From an uncultured Candidatus Saccharibacteria bacterium (lineage in GTDB: Bacteria > Patescibacteriota > Minisyncoccia > Phycocordibacterales > G965230995), in assembly GCA_965230995.1 (NCBI GenBank), contig OZ246398.1, positions 1 through 44,073 of the forward strand: a stretch of 44,073 bases of DNA. Direction: 5' to 3'. Each line of letters begins with the position of its first letter. Positions within the stretch are counted from its first letter, which is position 1. The notes under the pieces are model-generated. The model did no database searches and had not been told where the DNA came from. It saw nothing but the letters and a program-made list of their open reading frames with translations. This document shows, piece after piece, positions 38,945 through 44,073 of the stretch. Both the position numbers and the translations under genes were made by a program.

Positions 38945-39018
38945 TGGCTGCCAGACTTGGACTCGAACCAAGATAGACGCCTCCAGAGGGCGCCGTCCTA
39001 CCATTAGACGATCTGGCA
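38945..39018 (-). tRNA. tRNA-Gln(CTG)
   Basis: TGCCAGA/TCTGGCA acceptor, G discriminator, encoded CCA, GCGCC-CTCTGGA-GGCGT anticodon arm, CTTGG-TTCGAGT-CCAAG T-arm. Confidence 0.97.
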
Positions 39019-39144
39019 ATATTAACTTCTATCTATGTCTTTGAATAAGCTCTCTGATCCTTAATGTTCAATCCACAAAACTTTTGTGGTGACAATACAA
39101 TACGATAAAAAAAGAGAAAATTCAAGGAAACCTAGCAAGGTTAA

Positions 39145-39399
39145 TTATTTATATAAATCATGGTCACCAATATCCAAAAACTGATATTCATTATCCTTAA
39201 TTCTATAAATAATCCTCAAATTGTAATTAACAGAAAAACTATACCTGCCCCTGAGGCGACCGTGTAATTTATGATTTTTTAGGTTTGTACTCTGTGTGTC
39301 TTTTTCAAATTGTTTAATCTTAAGCAAGACTTCGTCAATAATTTTTTTGGGGAATTTTTTCAATTGTCTAAGAAAAGATGGCGAATATGAAATATCCAT
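39145..39399 (-). CDS. Type II toxin, RelE/YafQ-like mRNA interferase
   Basis: SPSFLRQLKK...HKLHGRL.G.YSFSVNY.LRIIY...DIGDHD.Y. Confidence 0.88.
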   Translation of the reverse strand: MDISYSPSFLRQLKKFPKKIIDEVLLKIKQFEKDTQSTNLKNHKLHGRLRGRYSFSVNYNLRIIYRIKDNEYQFLDIGDHDLYK

Positions 39400-39402
39400 A
39401 TA

Positions 39403-39621
39403 TTAAACCTTTTTCAAAAGTTTTTTAACATCACCTTTTAGACCTTTACCACCATCCATTTCTTTTTCTGCCAACATAATTCGATCAAAAGCAATATCTT
39501 CCTCAAGTTTTCGGAGGGCTCTTTTTACAACCTGAGATTTAGTTTCAAATCTTCCAGATGCAATTTCATTTTCAATAAAAGCTTCAATGTCTGGTGGTAG
39601 GGACACAGATAAAATAGCCAT
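39403..39621 (-). CDS. Ribbon-helix-helix antitoxin (ParD-like)
   Basis: LSVSLPPDIEAFIE..IASGRFETKSQVVKRALRKLEE; 3 nt upstream of the toxin. Confidence 0.88.
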   Translation of the reverse strand: MAILSVSLPPDIEAFIENEIASGRFETKSQVVKRALRKLEEDIAFDRIMLAEKEMDGGKGLKGDVKKLLKKV

Positions 39622-39679
39622 TTTAATTTATACTAAATATTAATAATTCTTAATATATTATCATATACCTGCAAAAAGG

Positions 39680-39722
39680 AAAGTAAAGCCCCGCAGGCCT
39701 TTGGCCTGCTGGGCTTTACTTT
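39680..39722. terminator. Terminator after pyrG
   Basis: AAAGTAAAGCCC.GCAGGCC-ttt-GGCCTGC.GGGCTTTACTTT. Confidence 0.85.
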
Positions 39723-39740
39723 ACCAATTCAATATTCACA

Positions 39741-41390
39741 CTATTTTTTTAGATTGTTTTTAATTGCTTTTACAAAAGCTGTAAACAATGGATGTGGCGA
39801 TAGCGGTCTTGCTTTGAATTCTGGATGGAATTGTGTTGCAAGGAAAAATGGATGTTTAGATGTTGGTAGTTCTGCAATTTCCATTAATTTTCCATTTGGA
39901 GATTTTCCAGAAAAAACCAAACCAGCACTTTCTATTTTCTCGATATATTCTGGATTGATTTCAAATCTATGTCGATGTCTTTCTGTGACCTCTTCTGTTC
40001 CATAAGATTTTGCAGATATACTTCCCTTTTTCAAAATTGCAGGATATGCCCCAAGTCTCATCGACGCTCCGTACTGCCCTTTTGCCAAGAGTTCCTTTTG
40101 TTCAGGCATAATATCGACTACTGGATGTGGTGTCTCTGGATCAACTTCTGTTGTATGTGCTTTTGCCAGACCCGCAACGTTTCTTGCATATTCTATAACC
40201 ATAAGTTGCATACCATAACAAAGTCCTAGATATGGTATTTTATTTTCTCTAGCATATTTAATTGTAGACAAAACTCCATCAATTCCATTTGAACCAAAAC
40301 CACCCGGCACAAGTATTCCATGGAATTTTGAAAGCTCTTTTATATCGAAAACTCCTTTTTCTATATCCTTTGAATTAATCCAAGTAAGATCAACAGAAAC
40401 ACCCTCTTTTGCTCCAGAGAATTTTATCGCTTCGATAACAGAAATATACACATCAGACAAAACGAAATCTCCGGAATCAAAATATTTTCCAACAATTCCA
40501 ATACGGACAGTTTCTTTTGCGTCTTGCATTCTTTTTACCATCGCTCTCCACTGCACTAGATCTTTTTGTTTTGGTCTGATACCGAAATGGCTAAGTATTC
40601 TGGTAGATAGTCCATCGTTTTCGAAATTGATTGGAATTTCGTATATACTTTTGATATCGGGAGCAGAGATAACATCCGCCACTTCTACACCGGTCATATT
40701 GGCAATTTTTTCTTTTCTTTTTTTATCAATCGGTACCTCGCTTCGAGCAATGATAATATCTGGGTTTATTCCATAAGAATTGAGTTGTCTAACAGCGTTT
40801 TGTGTTGGCTTTGTTTTCATCTCGCCGATAATACGAGGAACTGGTAGATAGGAAACCATCACAAACATTACATCTCGAGGATTCTTTTGTTTTAATACAC
40901 GAGCAGCTTCGAGGAAAATAGCATTTTGATATTCGCCAACAGTTCCTCCAATTTCTATCACAGTAATTTCTGAACCAGTTTTTGTAGCTGATGCTTTTAT
41001 TCTTCGGATTATTTCTTCGGTAATATGATACATCGGTTCTACACACTGCCCTTTGTAGCCGAGAGCCCTTTCTTTGTCGATCACATATTTGAAAATCATT
41101 CCGTTAGTCATATAATTTTCATTCGGCAAATCAACATCGAGAAATCTCTCGTAGTTTCCCATATCTTGATCAGTTTCTAGACCAGAATCCATTACATAGA
41201 CTTCACCGTGTTCTGTTGGATTCATCGTTCCCGCGTCCACATTCAAATATGGATCTGCTTTCATCAAAGAGACCTTGTAACCTTTTGATTGTAAAATTGT
41301 TCCGATAGAAGCGGTTGTGACGCCCTTACCTACGCCGGACATGACTCCCCCTACCACAAAAACATACTTGTGTGATTTTCTTTTTGCCAT
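39741..41390 (-). CDS. pyrG: CTP synthase
   Basis: GGVMSGVGKG, DPYLNVDAGTMNP.EHGEV, KTKPTQ, GLCYGMQ, RHRHRFE, QFHPEF. Confidence 0.99.
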   Translation of the reverse strand: MAKRKSHKYVFVVGGVMSGVGKGVTTASIGTILQSKGYKVSLMKADPYLNVDAGTMNPTEHGEVYVMDSGLETDQDMGNYERFLDVDLPNENYMTNGMIFKYVIDKERALGYKGQCVEPMYHITEEIIRRIKASATKTGSEITVIEIGGTVGEYQNAIFLEAARVLKQKNPRDVMFVMVSYLPVPRIIGEMKTKPTQNAVRQLNSYGINPDIIIARSEVPIDKKRKEKIANMTGVEVADVISAPDIKSIYEIPINFENDGLSTRILSHFGIRPKQKDLVQWRAMVKRMQDAKETVRIGIVGKYFDSGDFVLSDVYISVIEAIKFSGAKEGVSVDLTWINSKDIEKGVFDIKELSKFHGILVPGGFGSNGIDGVLSTIKYARENKIPYLGLCYGMQLMVIEYARNVAGLAKAHTTEVDPETPHPVVDIMPEQKELLAKGQYGASMRLGAYPAILKKGSISAKSYGTEEVTERHRHRFEINPEYIEKIESAGLVFSGKSPNGKLMEIAELPTSKHPFFLATQFHPEFKARPLSPHPLFTAFVKAIKNNLKK

Positions 41391-41405
41391 AATGGATTAT
41401 TTCTG

Positions 41406-42326
41406 TTAATTCAAATATCTTCTCACAGCAAGGAAGCTGGAGATTGCACCAATCCCTATTCCCGACAACATAACGATAAGGAATATTTGTCCGAAATTGG
41501 CGATATAGTAGTCAAACACATTCATCCCGATAAAGAAATTAACTGTTTCTTTACCGAGCCAAGCAGTAATTGGATAAAACAAAACGAGAGTAATCAAGCC
41601 AGCAATTGAACCGTAAAGCATTCCAGCAACCATAAACGGACCTCTGATATACATTGTACTTGCTCCCACCAATTTCATTACAGAAATTTCTTCTCTTGCT
41701 ATGTATATTGCAAGCCTAATTGTATTAAAGGTTATGAGCAGAGATAACATTATGAGAATAATCATCACAGCAAAACCGATTTTTTGTGCTGATGATATCA
41801 AAGATGTTAATTTGTCTATCGCTGTTTTGTTGTTGTTGAAGTTTACCTTTTCCACCATCTGAGAACCTGTTGCCGACAAAATATTGTCACCCTTTAGAAA
41901 ATTGTTTAGGTCTTCGTATTGTGAAGTTTCTTTTGCACGAATATTTAGAACTGCTCCGAGCGGATTTTCTCCGAGCTCTTCGAGAGCCTGAAGGCTTGTC
42001 GCATCATTCTCATGTCTAGATTTGTAATCAGCGAGAACTTGTTCACGAGAAATATAAACGACTTCGGCGACTTCTGGCAAAACTTCGAGTTTTTCTTTTA
42101 GACTTCTTATGTCTGGTTCAGAAGCAGATGTGACGAAATATACATTGATATCTACTTTTTCTTGCAAGGCTTTTAGGGATGAATCGAGAAGTGCCCCGAG
42201 AAAAACAATAGAACCAAGCACACCCAAGGCAATCGTCATCACAAATACAGACGAAAGAGAAACGAAACCGTTTCGCCAAAAACTGAAGAAACCTGATTTA
42301 ACTATTCTTTTTATATGTATCCACAT
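41406..42326 (-). CDS. ftsX: Cell division permease FtsX
   Basis: 4 TM with a large extracellular loop; NTIRLAIY..REEI.VMKLVGAS..YIRGPF. Confidence 0.96.
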   Translation of the reverse strand: MWIHIKRIVKSGFFSFWRNGFVSLSSVFVMTIALGVLGSIVFLGALLDSSLKALQEKVDINVYFVTSASEPDIRSLKEKLEVLPEVAEVVYISREQVLADYKSRHENDATSLQALEELGENPLGAVLNIRAKETSQYEDLNNFLKGDNILSATGSQMVEKVNFNNNKTAIDKLTSLISSAQKIGFAVMIILIMLSLLITFNTIRLAIYIAREEISVMKLVGASTMYIRGPFMVAGMLYGSIAGLITLVLFYPITAWLGKETVNFFIGMNVFDYYIANFGQIFLIVMLSGIGIGAISSFLAVRRYLN

Positions 42327-42332
42327 AATTTT

Positions 42333-43013
42333 TTATAAAATATATTTACCCTCTTTATCATCCCTGACAATTTTTCCATCTACTAATGTGATTACACGTT
42401 TTCCGAGCGAATCAATCACGCCCTTGTTATGTGTTGTAAGCAAAACAGTAGTTCCAAGATCATTTATCTTTTTCAAAATCTGCACAATGTCGTATGTGTT
42501 TATAGGATCGAGATTCCCTGTTGGTTCGTCTGCAATGATTATGTTTGGCTGATTTACTATTGCTCTTGCGATAGCAACTCTTTGTTTTTCTCCACCAGAA
42601 AGTTCGTGCGGAAAATTCCAAATTTTGTGTCCCAAATCAACAAGCTCCAAGACGTGAGGAACGTCTCCTTCTATTTCATCATCTGTTTTTCCTGACGCCT
42701 CCATTGCAAAAGCAATATTCTCGTAAACTGTTTTATTGGGAAGCAATCTAAAATCCTGAAAGACAACACCAATATTTCTGCGGAATTCATTCATCTGAGA
42801 CCTCTTTAGTCTGTGTATATTGCTTGATTCATAAAATACTGACCCTTCTGTTGGTTTTTCTTCGGCAAGTAACATCTTGAGCAAAGTAGTTTTTCCCGCA
42901 CCGGAATGTCCGACGAGAGAAACAAATTCTTTTGGCTCGATACTAAATGTCACATTCTGCAAAGCAACAGAGTTGTCAGAATATATTTTGGTGACATTAT
43001 CAAAATAAATCAT
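42333..43013 (-). CDS. ftsE: Cell division ATPase FtsE
   Basis: GHSGAGKTT, VVFQDFRLL, LSGGEKQRVAIARA, ADEPTGNLD. Confidence 0.97.
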   Translation of the reverse strand: MIYFDNVTKIYSDNSVALQNVTFSIEPKEFVSLVGHSGAGKTTLLKMLLAEEKPTEGSVFYESSNIHRLKRSQMNEFRRNIGVVFQDFRLLPNKTVYENIAFAMEASGKTDDEIEGDVPHVLELVDLGHKIWNFPHELSGGEKQRVAIARAIVNQPNIIIADEPTGNLDPINTYDIVQILKKINDLGTTVLLTTHNKGVIDSLGKRVITLVDGKIVRDDKEGKYIL

Positions 43014-43117
43014 ATATGCCCTATAGTATATAACATTTCTATAAATACTAAAAACTTTTCTTTACTGTGACACGTACAATTAATGATTGCAAAATAAATA
43101 CCAAAAGATAAGGGTTT

Positions 43118-43999
43118 TTAAAGGTTTTTTTCAGCCTCTATAAAACCATCTAGATTACCCTCTTCTAATATTGATTCTACATCGTGCGTCTCAAAATCTG
43201 TTCTATGATCTTTTACCATTTTGTATGGATGTAGCACATATGAACGAATCTGATTTCCCCATTCTATTTGAGTCGTCTTTGAAACATACATTCCTTTTTC
43301 TGATTTTTTTCTGTCGTCCTCCATTTTTGCAAAGATTTTTCCGTACAAAAGTTGCATTGCCTTTTCTTTATTTTGAGCTTGTGATCTTTCGTTATCAGAT
43401 TGTGCCGAAAGTCCTGTCGGTTTATGAACAACACGAACTGCTGTTTCTCTTTTGTTTACGTTCTGTCCACCCGGACCAGAAGAACGTGAGAGTTCTATTT
43501 CAATATCATCTTGTGGAATTTCTAATTCTGTAAGGGCTTCAAATTTTGGTATGACTTCTACCATAGAAAAAGAAGTGTGTCGCAATTTTTTGGCATTAAA
43601 AGGGGAAATCCTCACCAAACGATGTACACCAGATTCATTTTTGAGAGTTCCGTATGCATTCTTGCCTTTTATCTCAAGTGTTATGTTACGAAATCCTCCG
43701 TGATCATTTTCGTTTTGATGTATGATTGAATATGAAAAATTATGCGAATCAAAATATTTTCTATACATAAAAAGTAGCATTGCGGAAAAGTCTTCCGAGT
43801 CGTCTCCTCCGGCTCCAGAAAAAATTGTCATTATCGCATCACCTTTGTCGTATTTACTTCCACCTAAAATTTCTGATTTTAATTCTTGGAGTTCTTTTAT
43901 CTCTGCTTGAGCCTTTTCTTTGTCATTCCAAAAATCCGCGCTTTGCATGCGGTTTTCAATTTCTTGTATTCTATTTTGTAGTTCTTCTTTTGTACTCAT
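43118..43999 (-). CDS. prfB: Peptide chain release factor 2 (short form)
   Basis: GAGG, ESGVHRLVRISPF (SPF = RF2 specificity), SGPGGQNVNK, WGNQIRSYVLHPY; prfB-ftsE-ftsX gene order. Confidence 0.93.
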   Translation of the reverse strand: MSTKEELQNRIQEIENRMQSADFWNDKEKAQAEIKELQELKSEILGGSKYDKGDAIMTIFSGAGGDDSEDFSAMLLFMYRKYFDSHNFSYSIIHQNENDHGGFRNITLEIKGKNAYGTLKNESGVHRLVRISPFNAKKLRHTSFSMVEVIPKFEALTELEIPQDDIEIELSRSSGPGGQNVNKRETAVRVVHKPTGLSAQSDNERSQAQNKEKAMQLLYGKIFAKMEDDRKKSEKGMYVSKTTQIEWGNQIRSYVLHPYKMVKDHRTDFETHDVESILEEGNLDGFIEAEKNL

Positions 44000-44032
44000 A
44001 TTTGTGTTGATCTGAAGGCCATTTCATTCCGA

Positions 44033-44055
44033 TGGAGCCACCTCGCAGAATCGAA
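44033..44055 (-). other. Isolated tRNA 3'-end fragment (tRNA-Thr-like), possible att scar
   Basis: Minus strand TTCGATT-CTGCG-AGGTGGC-T-CCA, but the preceding bases (TAAGT) cannot pair to form the T-stem. Confidence 0.45.
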
Positions 44056-44073
44056 ACTTACAGTTTCAGTACC

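Noticed and set aside
43999-44032. prfB programmed +1 frameshift site
   Set aside because: No CTT-TGA-C or upstream partial ORF with an internal SD; the nearby CTT is followed by CAG.

Overview
AT-rich bacterial chromosomal segment (about 30-37% GC by spot counts), read with genetic code 11. Gene content and protein motifs point to a Patescibacteria/CPR, Parcubacteria-like genome; that assignment is an inference. Housekeeping genes: groES/EL, secG, rnj, a pseudouridine synthase, rpmG, a DEAD-box helicase, an ABC-F ATPase, uppP, pyrG, ftsE/ftsX and prfB. There are two intact tRNAs, Ser(GGA) and Gln(CTG). Other content includes a surface-protein cluster at the left end, lemA-htpX, a GH1/EamA/clan-A glycosidase operon, a type II NADH dehydrogenase, an ECF sigma module, and a variable region (about 30.8-39.7 kb) of small ORFans, a TA pair and nuclease genes. 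No CRISPR array, integrase or transposase was found. The most unusual signals are: (1) a ~340-bp hairpin-rich element bounded by an 18-bp direct repeat directly 3' of tRNA-Ser, carrying perfect antisense copies of that tRNA's T-arm/acceptor; (2) a ~200-nt non-coding transcription unit with its own promoter and terminator (6S-like rod fold); (3) a candidate defence islet 3' of tRNA-Gln, with a 488-aa PD-(D/E)xK-type nuclease plus a truncated HpaII-like endonuclease; (4) a translationally coupled pair of M14 peptidases, one lacking its zinc and catalytic residues; (5) a shortened RF2 with no frameshift; (6) pervasive leaderless-type gene starts. All homology calls come from motif recognition, not from database searches.
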